Assembly: GCA_002633005.1 (NCBI GenBank) | Contig: NMRA01000086.1 | Location: 862,321 to 926,320, forward strand | Reading direction: 5' to 3' | From: Phoronis australis | Lineage: Eukaryota; Animalia; Phoronida | Length of the DNA: 64,000 nucleotides | Shown here: in pieces, positions 1-29,200 of the stretch | How the letters are laid out: each line of letters starts with the position of its first letter | Numbering within the stretch: position 1 is the first letter of the stretch | The notes under the pieces: generated by a model | Told to the model about the DNA's origin: nothing | Database searches by the model: none | Seen by the model: the letters and a program-made list of their open reading frames with translations, nothing else | Translations under genes and position numbers: made by a program

Positions 1-15413
<15,413 letters not shown>

Positions 15414-16649
15414 CTAAAGGAAAACCATTTAGCATTACAAGACAAGCTCCATTTTTATGAGATAATTAAAGCTTAACCACGTTATGTTGGTCAATACAAG
15501 GAAAGCCAACAAATGCCACCTTGTGAAACTCGTTAATTCAAATACAATGATAGATGAACCCCACATTTGCTACTGTTTGATGTTTGTTGTGAAGTGATAT
15601 GTTGCAGCACTAAAGTGCTATAATATTTGTCACTGAAAATTCATGTAAACAAAGCTGGTTTGTGCACCAACTTTTATGGATTAAGTGGACGGTGGAGGTA
15701 GAGTTCGGCAAAAGTGGCAGGCACCAGAGGGAGGATGGGGCATGAAAGTGGATGGGGATGCATTGCTCATGCACCACTGCCAATGTGCCAAGTAGGTCAG
15801 TGCTTTGCATTGCTTCATTTTTTTTCTAAGAATTGCTAAGGGATTAGGGGACATGCATGCAATGATGGCCAGTGATTTATCTGGGAATCTACACCCAGAA
15901 TATGACTTGTTATCACAAATATCCTGTTGTAAAAGTAGCCTGTGGCTGGCGCTGCAGTGTCCATACAGCAGGGAAATACCTCAGTGGCCGCCCAGTCACC
16001 CGAGGCAACTAAGTTTTGAGCCGGGCACCAAAATATCACTAGTTTTGTCACCCAGCATGCTTTATGATTAGTCCATGTTCGATTCCCAGTTGGGAAAATT
16101 GCTTTGACATAACAAGCTGTAAAAAATTGGCTTAGTCGGTGTGTGGATTTTGTCCTTTGTGGAGAATAGACTAGCATTGTACAAGCAGCCACTGGTTGGC
16201 TGCACTACATGTTTTAACTATAGCTTATAGGGGTAATTGCTCTGGCATGAGAGCTCAGTCGAGCATTTGTGCAATTGCCAGCTTCTACAACTCGCTTGTG
16301 GGTCACACCTGGCAGGTCCAGGTTCAATTCTCAGTTGAAGGGGTTTGACTCAAGAGTTACTATAATTCAAACCATTTTGCTAAATGAGCCATGAAGCAAT
16401 AAAAGTACAACAACCACAGAGCACAGACAGTAACAGTAAAAAGTAACATCAAACATAGCCAGCCAGCTGGCTGTATGGAGACTATCGTCAAAATACAGCT
16501 AGGTACCACTGTGTATATTTCTTCCGAAGACCCCGAAATTGCACGCAGCCAGGGTAGTTCTGCTCGTCACCGCGCTGTGAAACTTTTATCAAAATGTAAA
16601 GCTAAAGACCGGACAGGGTGCATGCAAAATCTGGGAATCAACCGATACT

Positions 16650-19080
16650 CACCTTGCCCGTTACAGCCGTTTAAGTGAAAAACAATGCAATAAACGTCAT
16701 TTTCTTGCATAACTCTCCGCCTTTTCTAACAGTGAAAAGTATGTCGTCGTTTCGAAAACAATACGCTTGTGTCACGCACACGCGCCATTTCCTAAATTTT
16801 CGCGACAACTTTGGAGAAGCAAAATTTGTTCTGAAATTCGGTTTTTCGGTATCGGAATTCTAAAAAATTATAATGAAGTGAAACCAGTTCCAATAATTTC
16901 TTGTGACGTGTACGCAAGCTCGTGAAAGAACAGCAGTTGATTGAAGAATCGGCGAAAAAAGAAAGTGACCACTACGTGACGCAATATTTCATGACGCCGA
17001 AAGCCGTCGCTAAAGATCGCTCCACAACTTTAGCAGCAGAATAACGGTAGAACGCCATTTTTTCCAACACTGTTAAATAATTTTGTTTACTCAAAAGACA
17101 AGGAAGACTGTAGTTTTTAATGACACTAATTTTGTGTCAGATTTTAACTTACCACTTTTTTACCCACATCGGTGCAAAGCTGTATATTTATATACAGCTT
17201 TGTACCAAGGCTACATCAAACAGTAAAAAGTAACATCACTGTCAACTTATAGTGCACATTCACTGCCAGACTCCATATTGCCTGGAACAGAGACAGAGTG
17301 GAGGTTTTTAGCGGTAGACGGTAAGAGAAAAACTTATGACTAAAGTAAGGAATAAAGCGGGTCATATGTCGTCAACTCGCCAGATGTCTCGAGATTGTAA
17401 AAAAGTTATTGAGCACTATTGTGTTGTTAGCGCTGTTCGTGTTAGTTATTGTTGTAATTGTCAACATCATTCGTCCTTTATCTTTCTGTGGTGTCTTGTG
17501 ATTTGTCAGTTTTATGGTTCCCCGGATGCTTCTTTTACTTAAACTGCTGGTGGGAACCCTGCTGGCAGTCTTTCAGCAAGCAATCAGGATGTCAGGCCTC
17601 AGCTCAGGGATGGGCACCTGGATTGGGTTTTACTGAAGCTTGAATAGCTGTGTTTTAACTGGTGAGTACTTCTAGAGGCCTAGCTAGTGAACCTGCAGTA
17701 ATACAACATTATTAACTGTTGTATGACTAATTAACCTGGCGCCCTAGCGGAGCGCCTTTGCCAAAAGCTCTCCACCATGGCACCAGTACTGGCACTAGGG
17801 CTTCCTAGTAGTGAGCCTTTGCCTTGGCATTGCGGCTGCCTTTGTTGCTAAACAATATTTTGGTCATACTTATCTAACGCATAACAAAGCCAGAAATTTT
17901 TCCATACCTTTTTAAAATGCGCAGCCAGAAATCGCTCAGATATAGATGCCGCACTCAGCATTTTGAAAATAGGTTCACCCTGAACATGAAAGCAACAACA
18001 TCGAAGTGCGAAAGAGGGTCACCTTCAGTTTGACCTTCACCTTCGGAAACTTGACAAAAGATGTCACTACTTTCTAGTATATATTCAATTTTAAAACACT
18101 AGTCTAGTATTCAAACAACTTTTCATTTAAATGCAATATCTTTTCAGCATATTGCCTTTGATATCAAAATTAATGATTGTTTTTGGTTTCAAGGTTTACC
18201 GCTAGGAAACGCCAATTCTGCAGTTGAGCTCTTCTGTTAAGGGTGGTCAAGCTCAAATAATCATTTTAACCGCTGTTGAAAATGCTTTGGCGTAATCAAC
18301 AGTCATAAAATGATGAACATAACTAGACAAAGAGTTTTAAATAGTGATTTGGGGGGCCGATAAAATCCAAGGAGTAGACAGGTAGAGTGATGAATACGGA
18401 AGAGTTGCACTAGACCCCTCCTACAAATAGTGAACTTTTCCAATTGAGTAACCTCAAGCTTGACGTCATTCTTTGACCCCGTTGAATAATTTCGGCAAAG
18501 CGGCGTGTGGCCAGTTCTCATAGTAAACGGTGAGTTTTTGAGTGAAATTGTGTGAAAAATGTTGGAAATCAAAGCCCATTTACTAGCCAACATCTTTTAC
18601 CATGTTGACATCTCATCATTTATGTGATAAATTTAAGAATGTGAGCATAATAGTGCTACGTTTCAATTCTCTCATTTCTGTCGCTTCTTAGTATTAGCGT
18701 CGGACAAATTATCGGAGTTAGAGCTCAGCGACAGAGGAAATTGTTTCGTAATCTTTTCCGGACATCAGCATTGCCGTTGTAATTATTTAATTCAATGAAA
18801 AGACAGAGTGAAGACATCGTAAAAATGGATTCTATAAATTTCTGGTTCTGACTCTCAACCCTTGACTTGAGTCTGTCGTCGCCAGTGTTCTGTTCGTCGA
18901 AGAAACCGGGTCAACTGCGGGTCATGCGTGCTGGGAGAATACGATCACGAAGCCAAGTTCGACCTGTAAGATAAGCTGGTCACGTAGACATGTGTGCGGT
19001 AAGACTTAGTTCCTTAATTTGAAAAATCGTCATTTGAATTCATTACAGTTACATTTTTATTGACATCACGTATACGTGTG
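16650..19080. promoter_or_regulatory. Divergent promoter region between MMUT and the cytochrome c cluster
   Basis: CpG-enriched patches at about 16740-17060 and 18860-19080. Minus-strand donor AAG|gtgagt at 16652; plus-strand donor GCG|gtaaga at 18999 (candidate 5'UTR exon). The genes are oriented head-to-head. Confidence 0.55.
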
Positions 19081-19468
19081 CCATAAACTAAATATCTATT
19101 TTCTCCCAACTTTGCTTAACCTTGTTTTAAATGATGTATCTGTATTTAACCCTATTTTAATGTTCTGAGACTATTGTGTTGAGGAGGCTACATAATTTTC
19201 ATTCGTGCATCATACATTTTAAGTGAAGAAAAAAGTTTTCAAGCTCACCAGTTACTGCAACTAGACTAGGATTTCCTGTAACAGGTGATGAAATGGCTGA
19301 TTTAAATTTCATCATTCTTGGAGGAATGTGTCTGACTTGAACTGGTCACAGAATGATTAGACAAGCCATGGACAATATTGTTTACATTACTGAACAGCAA
19401 TCTACTTCTGTTGTGAAGTTCAGTTCTGTTGAAAATTACTACCATTGCGTTTACTTGTCAGTTTAACC

Positions 19469-22400
19469 ATGAGTGACGAAATCAAAGGCGATGTGGACAA
19501 AGGTGCGAAGGTGTTTAGGACTAAGTGTGGCCAGTGTCATACTATAGAGAAAGGCAAGCCCCATAAGACTGGGCCCAACCTTCATGGATTTATAGGGAAA
19601 GCTACGGGACAGGCACCAGGCTTCACATATACGGAAGCTAACAAAACCAAGGGTAGGTATCGGTACATATAATTGGCTTCTGGTTAATATTCCTCATACT
19701 GAGACATTTTTTAGTTTTGTTTTATCAGTTTCTGTTGAGAGTTATGTTTGTTTAATGTACTAAGATTTCATGGAGCTGAGAGAAAGTGAATTGACAACAA
19801 CAAGTCGAGGGGAACTGATAATGTTGTTCTTTTTTAGGTATTGTGTGGAGCAGAGATACCCTAAATGTGTACTTGGAAAATCCGAAGAAATACATACCAG
19901 GTAAACTTTGTATTGTGTTTATTAGTAATCTGTTCCTTCCCATGTCAGACATAGTGCCCTGTCAGTGTCTGTTCTGATAATTGTGACTCTTTTACGCCTC
20001 TCTACCTTAAATACCAAAGTAGGTTAGAACCTTTCTGAAGCAGGGTTCTCCATGGGCTGTTGTAACAGTGCGCTGTGCCCTCTTTAATTGCAGCTGTCAA
20101 ATTTGCACCGTCTTTAAATTTCCCTGCCCTCTTCCGCTTTGTCTTAATTTGTGTAGCCAAGACATGTTTACCTGTACTCTTTTCAGTCTTAATTTGGTTT
20201 AAAAAAATCATTGTGTTGTGCAATATCTTCCTTTTGGTCTGTGCAGTTATAAGGTTTGATAGTGAAAGTTCCTTTCAAATTTATGTGCTTGTGACTTATG
20301 TAAGCGCCCCCCTATTCAACATTTCTTGACCCAAATGTATATGGACTAGCTCATTTCAAGTGCAGGGTTGGTTACTTAGTAGAAATACATACCAGGGTAA
20401 CTGTAACAAAAGTTGTCAAACAAACACCTTGTGGCAGAATCACCTGTAAAACTCTCGAGCCTCTGTCTAGTCTTTTTCTTCTAAAACGTAAGGACAGGGA
20501 CTGGGAAGTAATGGTGTACAGTATTAACTATATACCCTCTTCCTCCATAATGGACTAATCCAGCTGTGATTTCCAGTGGTCAAATGTATCTTGTGTCTGG
20601 TAGTTGAGGCCAAAGGTTCAGAATCACTTAAAACACTTATGCAGGAATGCCTGAAAGAAACTTAAACAGTTGTAATGGATAAAAACATAATTTTTGTGTT
20701 GAGGGTTTGATAATGGGAATTATAGAAAAATTCTTCTCTTTACCATGCCAAGATCAAAAATATTGCTTTTTGGTATTCAGAGTTCTGTCATTTGTGCAAT
20801 GATATATTTCGTAGAAAAAAGTCATGAACTCTAGAAACAAGCTCTTAATTTACACAAACATCTTGAGTCAATCAACCTCAATTTCTGAAGACGATCTCTT
20901 TGATAGCTGTTGGTCGTTGGCACGCGATTGTCCTACACAGTCTAGCATGGTTATGACCTCTTTTAATTTTGAGAAGTGTAGAACGCTGTTGAAGGTGGTG
21001 ACTGTTCCAGACAACCTTGTGACCTGGACATGATTTTTGGGAGAGTCAAAATAACAGGAAGTAAGTGTACAAAGGAACACATCTTGTTTTTAAGTGATTT
21101 GGGAGCTCTTTTCATACTTATAATGTAAAACAAGCCTCAACGCTAAGCACACAACTTGGCAAGTGCAACTTGGCAAAATCCCCAGGTTGCCAAACAGAAA
21201 CTGAGGTCACCAAAACCAAGAAAGCTGTATGGGGGTTATAAGAGCGCTGGCTTCTACAAACAAAGCATAGTTGGCAACAGCCAATATGCAAGAACTGGCA
21301 AAATCTGCAAATGTCTGCTGGAGCACACAAGATTTGTGGAGCCTTGGGTGCTTGGTAACTACCTTTTTCCCTCTCGCATCCAATATCCTGCACATGCTCA
21401 CCTGAAGCGAAGGATTTTTACTTGTGCATGTCTCATGGGATTTTTACAAGGTCGCCAAAGAAAATCTGTGGTTGAATTGGGGGTCACCAAATTGTGAGCT
21501 CTTCAAAGGATTGTTAAATAAGAACTTCTCATTGTCAGTGGCTAAACAATTTAGCAATCAAGCAGTGGAGGTTATGACATTTAATCTAGTGAGTTTAAAG
21601 TGTTAAAAACCATCAGTGTCATAGTCTTGTTGGCATTATTGTTTGACATAGACCCCTGGGGACTTTGTGAACTTAAAAATTCTGGGACGTTTTCAATTGT
21701 ATTGAATCTTAATTCAGGAGCCGTTTGTTATTCCCTCCGATGAAAGTACAATACTTGTGATGCATTGTATGTTATCATCAAACAGAAAAGAAGGAAGATC
21801 TGACTCATGTAGCCTTTTGAAAAAAGTCGTGTCCTTACAATGCCTATTGGTGAGGGGATTTAACAATCCATTGCATTCACAGTTAAATGCTGCAAGTGCC
21901 TGCGTTCTTGCCTGCTTCCATGAAATACATCCACCAGTGTCAGAATTTTTTTGACAAAAACCCAATTTGAGATTGAACCTAAAAATATCTAATGAACTCC
22001 TTGTTTCTTGAAAGAAGTATATTCACAGTCGCTTTAAAATAAGTTTTTGAGAAAAAAGACCTGTATCAGTGAACTTGATTCTTTTTGCTGGCTATTGCTT
22101 TCTGACATTGAAAGAAAAAAGGACCACAGCCTCTTTGAACCTTTTGTTGTCTCATCTGTAACAAACAGTGCCTGATCATGTAAACAATTATGAATGTGTA
22201 AATCTTGATCACAGACATTTTTCAGTCTGGTCACATCATATGACCTTACACAACCACAAATAATGAAATGTCCAGGGCTTGGTTGCATAAAACTTCAAAA
22301 TTATCTGCTGGATAAGTTTGATTGTTGCATGACGTCAGGTGCATTTTTGAACAATAACAATGTGACGCAAGATAATGCAACGTTATTGTTACTGTACGGC

Positions 22401-23250
22401 GTACAACTTTTATGCAACTGGGCCCAGGTGTACTGGTCATTCGTGCTACTACGTCACTCCGGACAGCCAATAACTCATTAGTTGTTCTTGTTCTTCCAGA
22501 GTTTGTGTTACGTAATATCTGTTTCTCAAGTCTCATCTCATGCTCAAAAAGGATGGTTTTTAACACTTCCAAGCAGGCCTTTATCCAGGATTTCGAAAAT
22601 AGGGTGTCCAAAATGGGGTTCCCAATATTCCAGAGTGTCTATGATTCCGACGCGTAACCCCCCACTCCCAGCAATCCCGCCAAACACACAGATTTTTTTC
22701 AAAAAATGCACAGACCAAGGTTTTTACATCCAAGTTTACAAAGCATCCTTCTGTAGTGAGCATTTTTACTAAAAAAACTGTGTAGACAAGAGTTTTACAA
22801 AGCTATCAACCAAGTGTGAGCATAGCAACATTGTATATACTTTGTATATGCATTGTATATTTCTTCCTGCCTTGAAATAAGAGCCACCACTGTGAGTCTT
22901 CATAGGCTTCCTAGTAATCATTACAATGTGTGTGTCCAAACTTGAAAGGTTCCTATCGATAGTGGGTGTCCTAATGATATATTGGGCGTCCTTGCCAGGG
23001 CATCCATATTAGTGCTAGGGTGTCCATTTGGACGCCCAGGACGTACGCTGCATAAAGGCCTGCTTCAAAGTGGTTCTGCTTATTTCTGGGTTTTGAATTC
23101 ATGTGAATTTATAGGTCTCCATGTTTGTAGTTATTGTTTATCTTAATTGTGGAATTCTTTTTCATAGGAACGAAGATGGTTTTTGCTGGAATAAAGAAAA
23201 AGCAAGAGAGATACGATCTGATTGAGTATCTGGTGAAAGCTTCAAGTTAG
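19469..23250 (+). CDS. CYCS: Cytochrome c, paralog 1
   Basis: Exons 19469-19652, 19838-19900, 23168-23250 (GT-AG, phase 1/1). Protein [24 protein letters not shown]...GPNLHG...W...[34 protein letters not shown]. CxxCH and Met80 are present. Confidence 0.97.
22276..22424. mobile_element. PIF/Harbinger-like MITE
   Basis: TIR ggcttggttgcataaaa...ttttatgcaactgggcc with 3-bp TSD cag; a second copy lies at 38092-38240. Confidence 0.7.
22574..23062 (+). mobile_element. hAT-type MITE, copy A
   Basis: TIR caggcctttat...ataaaggcctg; 8-bp TSD cttccaag/cttcaaag; reverse-complement homolog at 24888-25306. Confidence 0.85.
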
Positions 23251-24887
23251 CTTCACTGCCTGACATTGTAAATGACAACTTATGTGTATATGACATTGAT
23301 GAAAGTTTTTTCTTGTATTTTTGTGATACTGGGAACAGTTCTGGGAGAAATACACATGTATTAGGTATGTAATGAAAGTATTGTATGATTTATGCCGCGG
23401 AAACTCGCCTAGTTTTATTAAAACTACTCAATCAGAAAACATGACTTTTGGTTTCCGAATTTCGAAGCCACTTGAGTCAGATCATTTTTAGATTATGTTT
23501 GACTTCTTCAGTGCAACGTGTTATTGCGAAAAGAAATCTGAGCCACAGTACTGTGATTTCTTAAGAAACACAGAAATAATGTTTTGTTTCCTGCATAAAT
23601 GTAAATATGTGAGCTTGGTATTTTTATTCTGAATTCAAGTTTAATAATAAAAGTCTTTTCCATAATATAAATACTGCTATCTTGTATGTCAGTATCTGAA
23701 AATCCTTGTAATACAGTTAAGATCTGGTAGAAAAGTTGGGAAGTCCGAAATGAAAATATCCTTTCTGCCTTTTTGAAATTAGAAAGAAACACGTTTGGTC
23801 TACTTTGTATCTCTGATTTTGAGAAGGATAAAAATGCGCTTGTTTGCGAAGAAATAGGAAATTATCTTCTCGCTCATAATTTTGTTAGCTATTTTGAAAC
23901 GCCTACCTTTGTTTGATTTTTTAATAGTACTTATGTCTGTTGTGTGCTGTGTGATTATTTTCACTTGGTATTGTTGGCTGACTTGTAGATGCACATACTG
24001 CAGATGATCCTTTGATGTGTTTCTTATTTTTGCCATTATCAAATCGTCGTTTTCTTGATCTACCAAATTTTTTATTGTAAACTGTCGTAAACAATATATT
24101 AGTTATTCAGGAGACATCATATTAACTTGTGAATGTGGTTGAAAAGATGTATCTTTATTCAATTAATTAATGTTTGTGTTTTTTATGTAATAAACAAATC
24201 TAAGAAGTATTTTGTCTTGATTTTTTATGTAGTCAAGTTCTATAAAAATGTTGGTTTTATGGCAAGAAAATATGCTGTTAAACAGTTACGATTTGTGAAA
24301 TTCAGTTTAAACTGGCAGTCACAAACGTGATTTATTTTTTAGTTAAAAATTGCATTTTGCTGTGTTTAGTAGGCTAAAACGAAAATCGAATTGACCCTTT
24401 TACTGGTATTAAATTGGTTTTGTATTATTCCTTACTGTGGTGAGGTTCTATTTCCGTTGTCAACAAGAAAATCAAAACCATCAATGACTCAAGAAATTGC
24501 TTCAGTTATTGAGGTTGGCTAATCATAAATTGCTTCAGTTATTGAGGTTGCATTGCCTGTATTGGAAATGGAATTCTATCATGTTGAGGAATATCTACCT
24601 GATTTAATAAGAGTGAATACCTTATTAGATTTTCACATCTTAGCCAGCTAGAGGGAGAAGTGCAACTCAAATTAAACTTGCTGTTCCATATTGTTTCGTT
24701 CAATTCGTCAGTGAAGTGTTTTCGTGTACATACAATTTTATTCAGTTAGCCACCGTGTCCTGTAACTGGACCGCAACAAGTGTTGCATTGTGTGTGTATT
24801 GTGTAAGTTAGTGCTGTATTCCTCTCATCTCTTGCTGTGATCCCTCTGTGTCAGATTTCTCTCGTGTTACATACTACTAGCTGTGAG

Positions 24888-25306
24888 CAGGCCTTTATGC
24901 AGCGGACGTCCTGGGCGTCTAAATGGACACCCTAGCACTAATATGGATGCCCTGGCAAGGACGCCCAATGTATCATTTGGACTCCCACTATCAACAAGAA
25001 CCTCTCAAGTTTGGACATGCACATTGTAATGATTACTAGGAAGCCTATAGACTCACAGTGGTGGCTTTATTTTCAAAGCAGGAAGAAATATACAATGTAT
25101 ATACAAAGTGTATACAATGTTGCTGTGCTCACACTTGGTTGATAGCATTGTAAAAACCTTGGTCTATGCAATTTTTGGTAAAAAAATCTGTGTGTTTGAG
25201 GGGGATTGCTGGGATGGGGGGGTTACGCGTCAGAATCATGGACGCCCTGGGATATTGGGAACCCCATTTTGGACACCCTATTATCGAAATCCTGGATAAA
25301 GGCCTG
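24888..25306 (-). mobile_element. hAT-type MITE, copy B (inverted relative to copy A)
   Basis: Same TIR; perfect 8-bp TSD gctgtgag on both sides. Confidence 0.9.
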
Positions 25307-26270
25307 GCTGTGAGCAGTCAAGTCACATTGTGCTCTGAGGATGTGCTCTCCATTACTAGTGTCTCCCAGGACATGCACTCGTTCCTATTTTTACGGGTGT
25401 TTTTTAGTATAATTTGTCATGGGGAATGCAGCTGTTTCACTGCCGCGTCCTGTGTGATAGTATGGTAACCGTTCTACAATTTCGCACAAAATAAAATGAT
25501 TACTTTTTTCAGGAAGCAAGGTGTATGAAATAAGTAGAATGTCCAGAAATATTGTAATTATGATGTGCTAATTGAAAGAAAGTAAAAAATATGTGAATTC
25601 TTAGAATTGTCCACTTAATTATCTTTGGAAGTGGGTCTGTCCCTGGAGTCGATTTTAGTTTGGATGGTGTTGTCCAGACCATCTCAATGCACGTAATTCA
25701 ATGTAAATGGCACACTAAATTGACGTGTAGATGGAAATATATCCCTTCAGCTGACCATGTGCAAATTAATAGGAAGGTAAAATACTGTTTTTGTTAAATA
25801 ATTTTGGGTGTGCTAACAGGTACAATGTGCTAAATTGTAGACCAGTCATTGTAAAATGGCTAGGAAGGATAAGTTGTGAGCATTCAAGCGCCACATAGCA
25901 TCAGGTTCATATTACCTTGTATTGTTTGTGTGCATTCTAGTTGAGTGTTGGTGTGTTACTTTCAGTAGAAATGGAAAACAAAGCTGTTACTATGCAAGAT
26001 TTGTTAAAATGGTTTAGCACTTTTTGTGCTGCTCTTCCGTATGATAACTCTGATGGTATTTGATTACACCAGTGGTGCTAAGTGGGTCTCAAGGTAACTT
26101 GTGGGACAATAAAGTAAGCCATCACTTGTCTTTGAGACGTATTTTGAATACATCTGTGAACATTGTATGACATGACAGTAACAGTGCAGTGTCGTTTTTC
26201 ATTGCGTGGGAAAAGGGATTCACTTGAATGATCTTTTCATTAAACTGACATTTTTTGTTTCAGAACAAAA

Positions 26271-29200
26271 ATGGGAAAAAAAGATAGTGGTGAAATACCT
26301 GCTGGAGATGCTACCAAGGGAGCTAAGGTGTTCAAGCAGAAGTGTTCACAGTGCCACACTGTGGAAGCGGGTGGAAAACACAAAGTGGGTCCCAATCTCA
26401 GTGGTTTGATAGGAAGGAAGACTGGTCAAATGGCTGGCTTCAGCTACACTGAGGCTAACAAGAGCAAAGGTATTGTCTTAGCCCGACATTGGATGTGAGA
26501 CTGGTACTGCTAAGGTAGTTGGGTGGTTAGGTAGTACAAGTCAAGCTTGGCTGTCATGCCTGATGCAATACCGTAGCCTGTTGTAATTTGTCACAATTCT
26601 GCTCTATCATATAGTGGGACTGAGACTTTTTTAAGTGTTTATTATGAAATATTCAGTACAATAAATATACTTACCCAGAGAGCGCCAAGAGGTATTGTAT
26701 CTGGGTTAAATACATACAAGGAAATATATACAGTGGGACTGAGACTTGACAAGATGTTGCTATGTTTGACTTATTCTTGGAATTTTAACAAAGCATTCTT
26801 ATGTCAAGACTGTCAAGTGTATACCCGGAAGTGACTCAATATCAGAAGTCGTCGTCGTCTTTGTTTGCTCTAAGAAGTTCCCTAGTGCTCAGCTAAATAT
26901 TCTGGTTTCAAGTTTCGATACCGCCACTTTATTTGCTGAATGTCCTTTTGTAAAGAAAACAATATCGTAGTGTTACCATTGTCAGTCCTCAAAAGTTAGG
27001 AGCAAATTTGAAAAATCCTGACTAAGTATGCTAAACCAACAAGTGTGACCTTCCCAACTTAATTAGCTGGAGAATGTCGTGCAGTTGTCAGATTTGATTT
27101 GATCACCAAAATAAGGTTTGGTGTCCTGTTAAGTTCGAATTTCCTTAGTGGATCTTCATGAAATTGATGTATGCATTCCCATTGATGGAGTATGATTGTG
27201 ACTGCTGTGGCATTGCCTAGTGACAATTGACCTATCGCTAGTTCCACCCCATTTCGAAAAGTTTTACCTGACAATGAGTTGTTTGACGGTTAAATTGGTG
27301 GCTTGGAAACAAAGGTGTGTCAAGAATGCTGCATTCTGATTTGGTCAGTTAAGCTGTCACTCAAAATCCTGGCGATTGGTCAATTTAAGTTTTCCTTGCA
27401 TATGCGTCTACATCTGCTAAGTTCTGTAACAGATGTTTGGCAAATCATTAGCAAAATTTCTATGAGTGAAATCGCACAATCATTGCTGAAATGTTTCTTG
27501 TATTCGCAGGTATCACTTGGGCCCGTGACACATTGTGGATATACCTAGAGAACCCAGCCAAATACATCCCAGGTATGCATTTCATACTGTTGAAATAGGC
27601 TGTGCATGTAGTTGGACGTTCAACTAAGAATTAAAGGGACGTTATTGGTTACACGGCTAAAAAACTCATTTTTTTGATTATTGCTGAACGGAATAGACTT
27701 ACTGAAGCTATTATACTTGACCATTCTGTTATTGCGATTTTTATTACAAATCGCTAATTCCTGTTGTTACCTGCCAGAAATTCGCTGAAATCAAGGTCAG
27801 TTAAACGTGCCATATATCGTGTGAGACTTAGTTTCGGCAGGAGATTGTTAGGCTGTGACAGCAGGGGTGGCAGGTTCCAATCTGTATTGAGGTTCATCTC
27901 AGAAAATAACTTCTATCTGATAATGTTCCTTTAAAAACTTACACTTTGCTCTCGTGCCAACTGATTAAAGTCTGTAAAATTAAATATTCAAATTCAGTTC
28001 TGTTTGTCGATGCAAATTTTGATTTTTCATTAAAAAACAGCAAAGTCCCAATTTTCATTTGCTCACTGTGCAAAAATGAAACATTGTAAAAACTATTCCT
28101 AGTGAAAGAGTGTAAACATCATAGTGTTGTAAAGTATCATTGGAGTCCAACCAGGTATTTCTGATAGATGGTGTTCCAAAGTTCGCTTTGATACATCTTA
28201 ATGCCTTGCTAATTTGCATTTGTTAGTCTGCCTGTTAGTTAGTATATCAAACATGGTCCAATGATGGAGAACTCCAGGGTCAGTCTTCAACATTATTTCA
28301 GAATACACTGTCACCTCTTTCTCTACCATCATGTCTGGCCCTTTCAATGTTGAACAAGGCGGTGACAACATTTTTAACAAGTTATGTTTACTGCTAAAAA
28401 TCTGCATCTACTGGTTGATGAAATGGAAAGATTTAATGTAGATGATATTCTTTTACAAACCTGTGCCACAGAATCAGCTGTTGATTTGGACCACTTACAG
28501 TTGTGAAATTGATCTCAAGTTGTATTGAGTTGATCTCTCAGCTTGGGAAAATGACAGTCCCTTATCGCTTCAGACAAATTGGTTTGTTACAGTGGGTCTC
28601 TTTGTTTGCCGAGCATGGTCTTTAGCGCTAATAAAGCGTCACTTTTCATCCTAGATAGGATCAAGTTGTGATCAAAAGTTAGTTTCTTTGGGGAATGGAG
28701 GAATATATCCACTTTATGGAACTACATATTCACTTAATTTTGTAAAGTATTATCCTGCAAGGATCTGAAAAAGCTTCATTCCTTGCTGTGCGACATTTCA
28801 TGCCAAAATTTTCTCAATCTTTTCTAGTGGTAATAACTTAATATTGACCATTTCCAGCAACGATAACTGAACTGCACAAACGTTAAGTTAACTCGCACAA
28901 AGATCTACATTACTTGTTGTAGTTGGCTAAGTGGCACTCCTAAAGTATTCTAACAAAATAACCCGGAATTCCCCCGTCATGACGGCTGAGCTGAAGCCAA
29001 ATTCATCGTCAGTAGTCTTCCCTCATGGCCGAGAATGAAGCGGAATTAATGGGAAAGTTACTTAGGTGGCTGAGCCATTCTGTTATTAGAATGTAGTCAC
29101 CCTAATCATTGTTACCAGACTTTTTGCAGTTAACAAAATTAGCCATCATGGCAGGGGAACGGTATTTTTGTGGATTATTTTTGTCTTGCACTGTACATGG

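Noticed and set aside
20381-20400. Duplicate of the end of cytochrome c paralog 1 exon 2 (agaaatacataccagg) as a mutually exclusive exon
   Set aside because: Only about 16 nt match, with no intact upstream exon body or acceptor.
20800-22250. Cluster of short ORFs in cytochrome c paralog 1 intron 2 as a decayed transposon or viral gene
   Set aside because: No motif that I could confidently recognise; a translated search would be needed.
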